DNA from: Nanobdellota archaeon
GTDB taxonomy: Archaea > Nanobdellota > Nanobdellia > Pacearchaeales > GW2011-AR1
Assembly: GCA_038046245.1 (NCBI GenBank)
Contig: JBBSWO010000008.1
Location: 2,521-66,520, forward strand
Direction of reading: 5' to 3'
Length of the DNA: 64,000 nt
Each line of letters opens with the position of its first letter. Position 1 is the first letter of the stretch. Shown in pieces: positions 1 through 10,025 of the stretch. Position numbers and translations under genes: made by a program. Under the pieces are notes generated by a model that searched no databases, was not told where the DNA came from, and worked only from the letters and a program-made list of their open reading frames with translations.

Positions 1-192
1 AGAGCTTGCTTCTTCTATTTTTCCCTTAAGCTTTGCAACTTTCTCAAGAAGTTTCTTCTTTTTAGCTTCCAGTGATTTTGCTTCTTCTGTTCCTTCCAAA
101 GATTCTTTCTCTGCTACTTTTACAATTTCTTTTTCAGGCAAGTCTTCACTAACTTGATTTTCTGCTGTTTCTTCCTTCTTCTTTTTAGGCAT
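1..192 (-). CDS. 5' part of a gene running off the window, probably 30S ribosomal protein S2 with a charged N-terminal extension
   Basis: ATG at 192 opens MPKKKKEETAENQVSEDLPEKE... with no stop to the window edge. Position after rpoK-eno matches the conserved archaeal rpoK-eno-rps2 order. No S2 core is visible, so the call rests on synteny. Confidence 0.5.
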   Translation of the reverse strand, partial: MPKKKKEETAENQVSEDLPEKEIVKVAEKESLEGTEEAKSLEAKKKKLLEKVAKLKGKIEEASS

Positions 193-236
193 AAGAATTC
201 TGATGAAAATTAGTTTAAAAAGGTTGCTGTGGGAAT

Positions 237-1394
237 TTATCTTAACTTTTTTTCTATTTCTATAAGGCGCTTAATCTTTATCTCTCTCACAAGGCTTGAA
301 ATTCCACATTTTAAGAAATCAGCTTGAAACCCAAAAGCCAAATCAGCCAATATGCTTTCTTCAGTCTCACCACTTCTGTGCGAGAAAACGGTTTTTATTC
401 CAGCCTCCTTCGCCATCTGACAAACTTTTTTCACTTCCAATAAAGAGCCGCATTGATTAGGCTTGACAATTATAGTGTTCACACTCTTTTCTTCAATCGC
501 TTTCTTTAGCCTCTTAGAATTTGTAACAATCAAATCATCTCCGACTATCAGACAATTTTTGACTTTTTTCAAAAGTTCTGCAAAGGACTTGAAATTTTCT
601 TCCTGGAAGGGGTCTTCAACATAAAATAAATTATAATTTTTTATCAAACTTTCAATGTAATAAATCTGTTCATCATCTTCTCTAGTTAGCATAGGATTTT
701 CATAATGATACTTTTTCCTTTTGTAAAAAGAAGAGGCTGCAACATCAGTACCGAATGGAACATTTAAGTCTTTGAATACATCAAAAACTTCCTTTTCATT
801 CAGGGAAGTGATCCATGCATTTTCGTCGTTTCTTTTTGATTCAAATTTTTCATCTTTCTTTTTTAAAATAGCCTCAACTTCATTCTGAATTTTTTTATTT
901 AACTCAGAAGCTTCTTTTACTGTTTTTGTATCTGGAATTAATAAGAATTCTTGAAAGTCTGGTTTTTTATCTTTTGTTTGCGAGTGTTTTCCACCGCCGA
1001 CGCAGTTCCCAACAAGTCTTGGAAATCTTTTCGCATTTGGATTTATCAATTGCCAAATTTCTTTTTTTTGTTCTTTTGCTAAAGCTTTTAAGACAGCGCT
1101 CTCCAATGCAAAAATAGTGTTGGCTCCTACATGTCCGTCTACTATATCTTCAATTCTTCTTAAGTCATCAAAACTTTCTATCTCTTCGTTTGAAAAATAT
1201 TCTGTAAAATTTTTTAAAGCTTTGATATCCTCCTCAAGACTTTTTTTGTAAGGTTTTGATTCATATTTTCCTGTGGATTTTCCAGTCGGAGAGCTCGCAG
1301 AAAAATTCCCGACGTTTGTAGATATTGTGACAAAAATTGTTTTCTCTTTTCTTGAATCAAAAATAGACTTAGCATTCACACTTTTTACTTTCAT
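237..1394 (-). CDS. eno: Enolase
   Basis: IFDSR, S-TG-STG, GANT, GGKH, FQEF, VEDPF, IVGDDL, KPNQ-G, SHRSGETE motifs. Confidence 0.95.
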   Translation of the reverse strand: MKVKSVNAKSIFDSRKEKTIFVTISTNVGNFSASSPTGKSTGKYESKPYKKSLEEDIKALKNFTEYFSNEEIESFDDLRRIEDIVDGHVGANTIFALESAVLKALAKEQKKEIWQLINPNAKRFPRLVGNCVGGGKHSQTKDKKPDFQEFLLIPDTKTVKEASELNKKIQNEVEAILKKKDEKFESKRNDENAWITSLNEKEVFDVFKDLNVPFGTDVAASSFYKRKKYHYENPMLTREDDEQIYYIESLIKNYNLFYVEDPFQEENFKSFAELLKKVKNCLIVGDDLIVTNSKRLKKAIEEKSVNTIIVKPNQCGSLLEVKKVCQMAKEAGIKTVFSHRSGETEESILADLAFGFQADFLKCGISSLVREIKIKRLIEIEKKLR

Positions 1395-1455
1395 AGGATG
1401 GAAAAATATCCAAACTTTATAATGTTTTTTGTTAAAGAAAAACTATGTTTGAAAA

Positions 1456-1839
1456 CTAGAATCCTTCGCCTTCATCATCTGCGCCAGCATCTTCTTGTTC
1501 GTCGTCCGGAGTGGCCAATTCCATTATTTCTCCTTCCTTGACTATCTCTTCCTCTTCCTTAGTTTCCATCTCTTCCATTTTTTCATCGCTGACCCTTGCT
1601 CCTTTTGATCTCTTCAAACTTTCATCTCTCTTCTGTGGGTAAGGTCTTTTAACGCTGATTGGTAGAATTCCAGAATCAAGCTCTATTTCAGCTATTTTCA
1701 AAGCGTCATACTTTATCTTTTCAAGATCTTCAGGTTTTATTTTTATCAACAAAGGAGCATTCATTGCCGTTTGCAGAGCCCTTGCACCAATAATCCTTGC
1801 TCTTTCATACCTTGTGAACTCTTGTTTTGGGTGCGTCAT
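1456..1839 (-). CDS. rpoK: DNA-directed RNA polymerase subunit K (Rpo6) with acidic C-terminal tail
   Basis: TRYERARIIGARALQ-AMNAP signature. Confidence 0.95.
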   Translation of the reverse strand: MTHPKQEFTRYERARIIGARALQTAMNAPLLIKIKPEDLEKIKYDALKIAEIELDSGILPISVKRPYPQKRDESLKRSKGARVSDEKMEEMETKEEEEIVKEGEIMELATPDDEQEDAGADDEGEGF

Positions 1840-1873
1840 GTTATGTGAAATTTTTCCCCATTCTTAAACCTTA

Positions 1874-2671
1874 TTATTTCAGATGCTTCTCAATCTGTTT
1901 GTAAACTGATTTCCAAACCTTATCATTTAGGTCAAGAACTTCTCCAAATTCTTTAATTGTTAGCGGGGAAAGTTCTCCTTTCTGCATTGAGTGAACTATT
2001 CCCTCGTGACTCCCTATTACAACTCTTGTTTCGCTTATGTCTTCTTCTTCTCTCGTTGGATCAACAATGAAGTTTTTTCCAACTTTATGGATAGTGAGCG
2101 AAAGAGGTATCTCTTTTCTTAATGGGACTGTTTTGCTTGTCCATTCTCCAAATAAGACTTTTTCCTCTTCCTCATCATACTTTGGAATCCTTGCATTTTT
2201 TAGGGCAATTATTGCTCCAATTCCGGCAGCATCTACAAGATTACCATCGTCGTTTATAGAATAAATATCAATCAGAACATTCCAGACTTTTTCTTTTTCT
2301 TTTATGCAGAGTTTTTCAAGCTCTATAACTTTACTCTCTCTTACCATCCTGTCAATAACTCTTCCAAGCTCTACTGCTGGGAATTTTGGAGGTCCACTTT
2401 CAAATCTTTCAGAGCTTAAAGGCAAAAGTTCTGAGGTGACCATTAAATTTCCTTTGTTAGGTGAATCAGGATAAGGTTTAGAAACATCCATCTTGACTCC
2501 GACTAAAACTTCAGTTTTTCCTATTTTGACTCTTACGCTTCCTTCGGCATTCTTTGAAACACCCAGTTCAACTCCAATATCTCTAAATTCGTCAAGTTTT
2601 CTTCCGTCAAATCTTTTCCCTTGATCAAGGTATTGTCTTATCCTTTCTGCTGTTAATTTTGATGTTTCCAT
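1874..2671 (-). CDS. rrp42: Exosome complex subunit Rrp42
   Basis: GKRFDGRKLDEFR, AEGS-RVKIGKT, PYPDSPNKG, DDGNLVDA; follows rrp41. Confidence 0.95.
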   Translation of the reverse strand: METSKLTAERIRQYLDQGKRFDGRKLDEFRDIGVELGVSKNAEGSVRVKIGKTEVLVGVKMDVSKPYPDSPNKGNLMVTSELLPLSSERFESGPPKFPAVELGRVIDRMVRESKVIELEKLCIKEKEKVWNVLIDIYSINDDGNLVDAAGIGAIIALKNARIPKYDEEEEKVLFGEWTSKTVPLRKEIPLSLTIHKVGKNFIVDPTREEEDISETRVVIGSHEGIVHSMQKGELSPLTIKEFGEVLDLNDKVWKSVYKQIEKHLK

Positions 2672-3390
2672 TATTTTTCTTCCCCCGTCTCTTTCAAGGC
2701 TTTCTTCTGGATTTCATAGATTTTTTTGGTTGCTTCTCTTGCCAAATCAACAGCTTCCTTCAGTTGCTCTTTCGAGATTTTTCCATCTAATTGAATATGT
2801 GTAATATCTCCGTGAGATGTCATTGTTATTGGAATATCAGTTGCACCCTCTCCTTCTTCCCAATCTTCTTCAGCTTTTGAAACATCGACAACAAGGCTTT
2901 TATCAAGTTTTCCTATCGAAACACTTGTGACCAAATCTCTCATCGGTATTCCAGCGTGAGCCAAAGCAAGTGCAGCTGCATTTATCCCTGCGCACCTTGT
3001 TGAAGCATTTGCCTGGATTATGTGGATATGGACATCTATTACCATATTAGAATAATTATCTATCATTAAAACTGGTTCCAAAGCCCATTCAGTTATCTTG
3101 CTTATCTCCATGCTTCTTCTGCTTGGGCCGGGCTTTATTCTTTCTGTTACAGAAAAACTTAACATGTTATAATTACATCTCAAAGTTCCTTTTGCTGGAT
3201 TCTGTGAATGTTGTGGATGCATTTTTCTTGGTCCGTAAACAGCAGCTATTGCTATTGTGTCTCCGAATGAGAACATCGCACTTCCATCTGCATTTGGTAT
3301 TATTCCGACCTTTGCTGTTATTGGTCTTGTCTCGTCAAACTCTCTTCCATCAGGCCTTTCTACTTCGCTTTTTGTTTTTTTTGTCGTCAT
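2671..3390 (-). CDS. rrp41: Exosome complex exonuclease Rrp41
   Basis: RPDGR, ADGSA, AVYGPR, GPSRRS-EISK RNase PH motifs. Confidence 0.95.
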   Translation of the reverse strand: MTTKKTKSEVERPDGREFDETRPITAKVGIIPNADGSAMFSFGDTIAIAAVYGPRKMHPQHSQNPAKGTLRCNYNMLSFSVTERIKPGPSRRSMEISKITEWALEPVLMIDNYSNMVIDVHIHIIQANASTRCAGINAAALALAHAGIPMRDLVTSVSIGKLDKSLVVDVSKAEEDWEEGEGATDIPITMTSHGDITHIQLDGKISKEQLKEAVDLAREATKKIYEIQKKALKETGEEK

Positions 3391-4055
3391 TTTTTCTTTT
3401 GTTTATCAAACCATGATTTTACTTCATCTGTCAATCCAGACACGAATGACTTTTCAGTTATGAAATCTATCGCTCTTTTGGCAAACAATTCATCTTCTAT
3501 TTTGTCTCCTTTTATCCAGACCAAACCATTTTGGCCGGCAGTTATTTCACAACCAGTTTCATCTTTTATAAGTTTTATCATGCTTCCTTCCCTACCAATT
3601 ATTCTTGGTATTTTGTTTGGATTGACTTTAACAATCATTCCTTCATCGATCCTTCCAAGCCCCCTCATGTTTATTGTTAAATCTATCCCTCTCTTGTTCA
3701 CAGCGAATATTTTTGCAACAACCATGTCACCAATGTCCATTACTTCTTCCAACGCATCTTTGTTCACGAATCTTGGAACTTCCATCAAACTTATAAAAGC
3801 TGTTTCAGCTGTTCCCATGTTAACAACCCATCCATTGAATGTTATATTTTCAACTTTTCCAATAACTGCATTTCCTCTTCTTGGTATGTATGTTCCCGAA
3901 AGTGGAATTACTTTTACAAGTTTGTTTGCCTCTTCAGCAAGGCCATATCTTATCGCGATTATTTCTTCTCCCCTCTTTTCAGTTCCTTCTCCAGGAAGAA
4001 AATCATGGCCTTTTGCAATTGTCTCTCCAGGAATTACGACTTTTCTGTCTGTCAT
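3387..4055 (-). CDS. rrp4: Exosome RNA-binding cap protein Rrp4 (S1+KH)
   Basis: VIPGE, VIPLSG-YIP, KIPRIIGREGSMI KH motif, GQNG-VWI. Confidence 0.95.
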   Translation of the reverse strand: MTDRKVVIPGETIAKGHDFLPGEGTEKRGEEIIAIRYGLAEEANKLVKVIPLSGTYIPRRGNAVIGKVENITFNGWVVNMGTAETAFISLMEVPRFVNKDALEEVMDIGDMVVAKIFAVNKRGIDLTINMRGLGRIDEGMIVKVNPNKIPRIIGREGSMIKLIKDETGCEITAGQNGLVWIKGDKIEDELFAKRAIDFITEKSFVSGLTDEVKSWFDKQKKK

Positions 4056-4342
4056 GCTGCCACCTCATCTAATTTAAATCTTGGAATATGTTCTGAGACA
4101 ATTTTTTTTAACAATGGAATTACTTCTCTAAAATGGCTTGAGTTAGGCCCGTCAATAACAAGAGGATTGAAGTTCCTTTCTTCGCTAGTATTTATATTAA
4201 CAGCAACTAACCCCTTGTAACTGAAGACATTTGAACTATTATATAAACAAACAGTCTGGAATTCCTCTCTGTTCACTAAAAAATCAGCCAATCTTTCAGG
4301 GCTTACTCCTTTTATTGAATAATACTTGGTAGCGTCTGTCAT
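4052..4342 (-). CDS. Hypothetical protein inserted in the exosome operon
   Basis: 96-aa ORF overlapping both neighbours (TAATG and ATGA coupling); no recognisable motif. Confidence 0.7.
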   Translation of the reverse strand: MTDATKYYSIKGVSPERLADFLVNREEFQTVCLYNSSNVFSYKGLVAVNINTSEERNFNPLVIDGPNSSHFREVIPLLKKIVSEHIPRFKLDEVAA

Positions 4343-5013
4343 TATTCTTTTATCTCCTCTGTCAATGCAGAGCCATGAGTTACAGCGTTTAATTTGTCAT
4401 AAAAATCAATTATTATTCCTGCAGGAACTTTCACAACAACTTCCAAACTTCCATCGTCTTTCCATTTCTCATTTTCTTTGTAAGGGTTTATAACACCATA
4501 AACTTTCCCCGTATAAATTGCAGGTATGTCTATTTTCACTTTCTTAGTAGAAATTTTCATCGGCAATATTGCGCTTATCTTGTCAATTATTTCATGTATC
4601 TGTGCTTCTACAGGAACATTTTTTATATTGACATGAGCTTGTTCTAATGCGGATTTTATTCTGTCTGGGGTGTGAGGTCTTCCTGTTTTTGGATCCATAG
4701 AATTTGTTGCCAAGAAATCAACAACCTGCTTTACTTTTTTGTCCTGTTCAGCATCTCTGTGTTCCTGGGTCACTAAAACCTCTCCTTCCTTGACTATTCT
4801 TTTTGCAATCTCATTACAATCTTCTGTTCCGAAGGCAGTTTTCAAATCAGAACTTGAAGCCGACTTTCCATTTTTTGCGTCGTAAAATATTCTGTCTCCC
4901 TGTGCTTCAACGTAAGAACTCTGGCCCTTCTTGAATTTAAGGGCTTCATCCAAATCAACCATAATCTCATAATTTTTTCCAAATCTCTTAATCCTTGCTA
5001 CAGTGTTAGTCAT
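4342..5013 (-). CDS. Ribosome maturation factor SBDS/Sdo1
   Basis: ARIKRFGKNYEIMVD, DPKTGRPHTPDRI; canonical position between psmA and rrp4. Confidence 0.93.
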   Translation of the reverse strand: MTNTVARIKRFGKNYEIMVDLDEALKFKKGQSSYVEAQGDRIFYDAKNGKSASSSDLKTAFGTEDCNEIAKRIVKEGEVLVTQEHRDAEQDKKVKQVVDFLATNSMDPKTGRPHTPDRIKSALEQAHVNIKNVPVEAQIHEIIDKISAILPMKISTKKVKIDIPAIYTGKVYGVINPYKENEKWKDDGSLEVVVKVPAGIIIDFYDKLNAVTHGSALTEEIKE

Positions 5014-5735
5014 TTTGCGAATTCATTAATAGCTTCAGCTTCGACTCTTTCTATCTTCACTTTGTCTTTGTTAATGTAAGCTAATTCAAATTTACTTATT
5101 TCAAATTTCTTTCCTCTCATCTCTTTGAATATGTCCAAGGCTAACTTTACACCTTTCTTTATAGTCAAATCCTGTTTGTATTTATCCCTTAGTTTTTCTT
5201 TTATCTTGCCTTCATCTTCGCCTATGGAGTTTGCATAATAATGGTAGTAGTTTCCTGTAACTTCACTTGTGAAAAGCTCTGGTTTTTTATCTTTTATTCC
5301 AGCAATCATTATTGAGACTCCAAAAGGTCTTGCTCCCCCATACTGTGTGAACTGTTGTTTTAGATTAGCAAGGTCTTTCACAACTAATTCCGGTTCTACA
5401 GGAGAATCATAAGTTACTCTGTTTTGTTGGGCCATTAGCTGTGCCCTTTCTATTAAGACTCTTGAATCGGAGACAATTCCTGCAGCACTTGCAATCATAT
5501 GAGAATCAATTTCGTGTATTTTTGTTGCAAATTTCGTGACTATCAAAGAATCCTCTATTCTTTTGTCAGCTATAATGAAAACTCCGTCTGAACAAGACAT
5601 TCCGATACTTGAGCTTCCGAGCCCGACAGTCTTCTGCGCATATTCCAGCTGAGGTATCTTACCATCAGGTGAGAACATTGTGGCTGTTCTGTCATAGCCC
5701 ATGGCCTGATTTTGTACATCTATAGGCATATCCAT
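5010..5735 (-). CDS. psmA: Proteasome subunit alpha
   Basis: GYDRTATMFSPDG, TQYGGARPFGVS. Confidence 0.95.
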   Translation of the reverse strand: MDMPIDVQNQAMGYDRTATMFSPDGKIPQLEYAQKTVGLGSSSIGMSCSDGVFIIADKRIEDSLIVTKFATKIHEIDSHMIASAAGIVSDSRVLIERAQLMAQQNRVTYDSPVEPELVVKDLANLKQQFTQYGGARPFGVSIMIAGIKDKKPELFTSEVTGNYYHYYANSIGEDEGKIKEKLRDKYKQDLTIKKGVKLALDIFKEMRGKKFEISKFELAYINKDKVKIERVEAEAINEFAK

Positions 5736-5834
5736 CTTAATTTTAGAGAATATAATAATCTTAAACTCTTGTCTTCTCTGTTAATGATAGAAAGATTATG
5801 GGTTTAAAAATCTTGCGAAGCGAGATTTAGGTCT

Positions 5835-6509
5835 TTACCCTTCAAATTTCGCAAAGCTCTTGCTTATCTTTTCGTTCCAGAAATCAGGCAATCCTGAGCT
5901 TAAAATACCCTCAAATTCATCATCAATGACATAAAAGTTTTTTATCCTGTCTTTTTGAGGGATTTTTTTGAACTCATTATCAGCTTTTTTAAAAAGGTCA
6001 GCTATGGATTTTCTCTCAAACCTGCTTTGAAGTAAAGAAGGCTCTTTGAATATAAGCGTGTCGGCAAGTCTCATAATATTCAGGTCAATCATCGCGGAAT
6101 TCTGGGTTATGATTATAAGAGAAAGATTCTTGTGTCTTGCAATTGTCATTATTTCACTAAGAACTTTATTTGATTCTTTCATAGAGTCTCTTGAAGAATA
6201 ACTGATTGCTGCTTCGTCGACTAAAAGTATTGAGTCATTTTTCACATCTTTTATGTCATCAGCTTTTTTTATGAATCCTGGAAACTTTCCTTCTCCAAGA
6301 TAATAAGCATGTCTTTTCCCAGCCAAAACATCAAGGAATTTGAATCCTAAGGCTGTTTTTCCGCTCCCTCTTTTTCCAGTTATTAAAATTATAAGGCTTG
6401 AACTTTTCAATCTTTTTTTGAAATCATCAAAATTTCCTGAAATCTTTTTAACTAAATTAAAATCAATCTCTTTCTCTTCTCTTTTTTTAAACAAATCTAA
6501 TATGCCCAT
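5835..6509 (-). CDS. P-loop ATPase, Zot/A32-like (FtsK-HerA superfamily-like)
   Basis: Walker A GKRGSGKT, Walker B LLVDEA, ARHKNLSLIIITQ motif. Confidence 0.7.
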   Translation of the reverse strand: MGILDLFKKREEKEIDFNLVKKISGNFDDFKKRLKSSSLIILITGKRGSGKTALGFKFLDVLAGKRHAYYLGEGKFPGFIKKADDIKDVKNDSILLVDEAAISYSSRDSMKESNKVLSEIMTIARHKNLSLIIITQNSAMIDLNIMRLADTLIFKEPSLLQSRFERKSIADLFKKADNEFKKIPQKDRIKNFYVIDDEFEGILSSGLPDFWNEKISKSFAKFEG

Positions 6510-6510
6510 T

Positions 6511-6786
6511 TTAACATCTTAACCCCTTCAAAGTTCCCGAGACTTTTTTTACTTCCATTTTTTCAGGCCACACCACAATCGCTGCCCTGATATGATTTAC
6601 GCTTTCTCTATTCACTGAGACAACTGCCCAACCTTCCCCATATTTTATTGTTGATAGTGAAGCTTTTGACATGCCAAGAACCCCAATAAAATCCTTGACA
6701 GCTTTCTCAATATTTTCTCTCAAATTTTTTCCTTCAACAAGAAGATACCTCTTGTTTTCTCTCATAGAAGGTTTAAGTGATTTCAT
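6511..6786 (-). CDS. RNase P protein component Pop5/Rpp14 (short)
   Basis: LKPSMRENKRYLL N-terminus and VSGTLK C-terminus. Confidence 0.85.
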   Translation of the reverse strand: MKSLKPSMRENKRYLLVEGKNLRENIEKAVKDFIGVLGMSKASLSTIKYGEGWAVVSVNRESVNHIRAAIVVWPEKMEVKKVSGTLKGLRC

Positions 6787-6883
6787 AAATTATATAAGAA
6801 AAAGCATTATAAAAAACTTGTTAAAATGCATTCGCAAGAATTTTTAAACTCAACCTCCTATCTAAATAAAAGAGAAATAGGAA

Positions 6884-8227
6884 ATGGAAATATTTACAGT
6901 CGGCGGTTATAATGAAGTTGGAAAAAATATGACTGCCGTAAAAATAGGGGAAGATTCGGTTATCTTTGATGGAGGTTTATACCTTCCAGCAATTGTAGAA
7001 CTTCAAGAACAAGAAGAACAGAAGTCAGCTTATTCTGAAAAAAGGCTAAGGAGTATTGGCGCAATTCCTGATGATTTGCTTCTGGACAAATTTGGAATTA
7101 GGAACACAGTCAGAGCAATAATGCCAAGCCATGCACACTTGGATCACATTGGAGCTCTTCCTTATCTTGCCTATAGATATAATGCGCCAATTGTTGGAAC
7201 TCCTTTCACAATTTCTGTTCTTAAAAAAATAATTGAAGATGAATCAATCAAAGTTCCAAACAAAATTAATGTTGTCCAGCCCAATTCTAAATTTATTGTC
7301 AGAGGAAAAAACAGAAACTACGAAGCAGAATTCATAAACATGACTCATTCAACCCCTCAAACAGCAGCGATAGCTTTGCATACTCCTGAAGGAGTAATTG
7401 TTTATGCAAATGATTTTAAATTGGACAACACTCCGGTTTTAGGCTTGCCCCCAAATTATGAGGCATTAAGAAGAATTGCAAAACAGGGAGTCAAAGCATT
7501 AATTGTCGATTCTCTTTATTCTGGAAGTGACTCAAAAACTCCAAGCGAAAAAGTTGCAAGGGCCTTGGTTGAGGAAGTAATGTTAACAATTGAAAATAGG
7601 AATTCTGCAGTTTTTGTTTCAACATTCTCTTCACACATAGCAAGGCTGAAAAGCATAGTTGAGTATGCTAAAAAATTAAACAGAAAAGTTTATTTTCTCG
7701 GGAGAAGTATGAAAAAGTATGTCGCGTCTTCAATAGAGGTGGGAATATGTCCCTTCAAAAATGATATTTACATTGGCTCTTACAAAAAGCAGGTTGCATC
7801 AATACTAAAAAAAGTTGAGAAAGACAGGACAGGTACTTTAGTTGTATGCACAGGACATCAGGGAGAGCCTGGAAGCATAATGGAAAGACTTTCAAGAGGG
7901 GACCTTCCATTTAATTTTAAGCAAAACGACAACATAATCTTTTCTTCCAAAACAATTCCTGCCCCTATAAACATTGCAAACAAGGAAAGAATGGACAAAA
8001 AGTTCAGGAAGATGGGAGCAAGAATATTTGATAATGTTCACGTCTCAGGCCACGGTGGCAGAGAAGACATAAGAGATCTTATATCCATATTAAATCCTGA
8101 ACATATAATTCCTTCACATGGCTCGACAGCACAAATAACTCCCGCACTAGAGTTGGCTGGAGAACTTGGATATAAACAAGGGAAAACCTGTCATCTAGTT
8201 CAGGATGGCGGAAGACTGAAACTATAA
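6884..8227 (+). CDS. rnj: Archaeal ribonuclease J (beta-CASP metallo-beta-lactamase)
   Basis: GGYNEVGKNMTA, SHAHLDHIG, THS, DFKLD, TGHQGEP, HVSGH, IPSHG. Confidence 0.93.
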   Translation: MEIFTVGGYNEVGKNMTAVKIGEDSVIFDGGLYLPAIVELQEQEEQKSAYSEKRLRSIGAIPDDLLLDKFGIRNTVRAIMPSHAHLDHIGALPYLAYRYNAPIVGTPFTISVLKKIIEDESIKVPNKINVVQPNSKFIVRGKNRNYEAEFINMTHSTPQTAAIALHTPEGVIVYANDFKLDNTPVLGLPPNYEALRRIAKQGVKALIVDSLYSGSDSKTPSEKVARALVEEVMLTIENRNSAVFVSTFSSHIARLKSIVEYAKKLNRKVYFLGRSMKKYVASSIEVGICPFKNDIYIGSYKKQVASILKKVEKDRTGTLVVCTGHQGEPGSIMERLSRGDLPFNFKQNDNIIFSSKTIPAPINIANKERMDKKFRKMGARIFDNVHVSGHGGREDIRDLISILNPEHIIPSHGSTAQITPALELAGELGYKQGKTCHLVQDGGRLKL

Positions 8228-8228
8228 T

Positions 8229-8873
8229 ATGAGGAAGTTATTCAATAAAATTCCAAAGCTTCCATTATCTGCTCTTATTTTTTATCTTATTCTTTTTATT
8301 CTTTGGAATGTTAATATTATCCCCGAGCCAAAAGGAATACTTTTATTTTTAGAAGGTCTTTATCATTCATTCGGTTTAATTGGGTTATTCATAGCTTCTT
8401 TTTTAGAAGGTATTGTCTATCTCGGATTGTATTTTCCCGGTTCTTTCATAATAGCACTGTCAGTTTTTCTTTCTGATGGAAAATTTTTCTCTTTGTTGTC
8501 TATCTCTCTGATTGTGGCATTTTCATTAACCTTAACGTCGATTATAAACTATCTTTTGGGAAAGCATGCAGTAAAATTCAAATCTGAAGAGTATAACAAA
8601 ATAGCATCAAAAGGTCTGTTTTTTTCTATATTGCATCCAAACATATTAGCATTTTACTTTTTTAATTCTGGAATAGAAAAACAAAATCCACTAAGAATAG
8701 CCCTGGTGCCAATTTTATTGATCCCCTATGGATTATTGTTCGCTTATGTTTTATTTATTTTTAAGGATCCATCGAGAAAAGCTATAGAAAATCCTTACAT
8801 AATGTTCTCACTTCTTTTCATATGGTTTTTTTTGGCATTCTTTTTTGAAAATAAAAGAAAATCTAAAATTTGA
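8229..8873 (+). CDS. DedA-like integral membrane protein
   Basis: F-ASFLEG-VYLGLYFPGS motif, INYLLGK, several hydrophobic segments. Confidence 0.65.
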   Translation: MRKLFNKIPKLPLSALIFYLILFILWNVNIIPEPKGILLFLEGLYHSFGLIGLFIASFLEGIVYLGLYFPGSFIIALSVFLSDGKFFSLLSISLIVAFSLTLTSIINYLLGKHAVKFKSEEYNKIASKGLFFSILHPNILAFYFFNSGIEKQNPLRIALVPILLIPYGLLFAYVLFIFKDPSRKAIENPYIMFSLLFIWFFLAFFFENKRKSKI

Positions 8874-8922
8874 GCTTTTCTTAAAACCCACATTTTTTAA
8901 ACATAATTATCTTTAATTTCTT

Positions 8923-9474
8923 ATGGCAAAAGAGGATATAATCGGCGGGATAAGAATAGCACTTTCAAAAGGTCAAAAACTTGAAGATGTTATGCAGTCT
9001 TTTTACAACGCCAGCTACAAAAAAGAAGACATAGAACAGGCAGTAAGCGAATTATTTTCTGAAACATCTCAGTCTCAACAGCAAACACAATTGCCTCTTC
9101 CCTTGCAAAAAATAAATTTTCCCCCTTCTCAACCAACTATTCCTCCAACTCCTCAAAAGATAATCTCACAAACACTTCCTCAACAACAAACGTATCAAAA
9201 ACCTATTAACACTTCACCTACTTTACAAACGCAGAAAGAACCAGACAGAGACACAAGGAGTTTGCCAACTCTTGAAGAAATCCAAAAAAGATATCAGCCT
9301 TTAACTCCTGCTGTTTCTATGCCGAAGCAAATTGTTTCCGATTACTCAAAAAAAAATAAAACCGACCCTGTGACTGTGATTCTCATAGTTGTTCTGGCCC
9401 TACTTTTGGGAGTTCTTTTCGCAATCTTTATTTTCAGGAAACAGATTGTCGAGTTTCTTAACAAACTTTTATAA
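8923..9474 (+). CDS. Tail-anchored membrane protein with small N-terminal helical domain and Pro/Gln/Thr-rich linker
   Basis: Low-complexity middle region and a single C-terminal TM helix (VILIVVLALLLGVLFAIFIF). Confidence 0.7.
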   Translation: MAKEDIIGGIRIALSKGQKLEDVMQSFYNASYKKEDIEQAVSELFSETSQSQQQTQLPLPLQKINFPPSQPTIPPTPQKIISQTLPQQQTYQKPINTSPTLQTQKEPDRDTRSLPTLEEIQKRYQPLTPAVSMPKQIVSDYSKKNKTDPVTVILIVVLALLLGVLFAIFIFRKQIVEFLNKLL

Positions 9475-9476
9475 AA

Positions 9477-10016
9477 ATGTCGGAAATTTACGGGCCTGCT
9501 GAAGATTCTTATTTGTTACAGGAGTGCATCAAGAAATTCCTGAAAAAAAGAAAAATAAATTCTGTTTTAGACATGGGTTCTGGATCGGGGATTCAGGCTA
9601 AAACTTTTATTGACCTTGGAATCGATCCAAGAAACATAACTTTGGCCGATATGAACAAAAAAGTGATTAAAAATTTAAAATCAAAATTTCCAAAATCAAA
9701 AATAGTCCAGTCAAATTTATTTGCAAAAATTAGAGGTGAATTTGGCCTAATTGTTTTCAATCCTCCTTATTTGCCTGAGGATAAATTTGACAAAAATCAA
9801 GATACTTCTGGCGGTAAAAAAGGAAATGAGATAATAATAAAATTTTTGATGCAAGCAAAAAAACATCTGGATAAAAATGGAAGGATTTTATTATTAATTA
9901 GCTCGTTTACTCCTAAAATAAATTTTTCTGATTTAAAGTATAAAAAAAAGATTTTTGCAACCAAAAGGTTATTTTTTGAAGAATTGAGTGTTCTGGAACT
10001 AGTACCTCTTGAGTAG
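9477..10016 (+). CDS. HemK2/PrmC-like SAM-dependent methyltransferase
   Basis: YGPAEDSYLL, VLDMGSGSG, FNPPYLP, GG-KG. Confidence 0.9.
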   Translation: MSEIYGPAEDSYLLQECIKKFLKKRKINSVLDMGSGSGIQAKTFIDLGIDPRNITLADMNKKVIKNLKSKFPKSKIVQSNLFAKIRGEFGLIVFNPPYLPEDKFDKNQDTSGGKKGNEIIIKFLMQAKKHLDKNGRILLLISSFTPKINFSDLKYKKKIFATKRLFFEELSVLELVPLE

Positions 10017-10025
10017 TTACACATA

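Noticed and set aside
3460-4077. 205-aa plus-strand ORF and the many other antisense ORFs in the track
   Set aside because: Shadows of well-supported genes on the opposite strand, with no motifs
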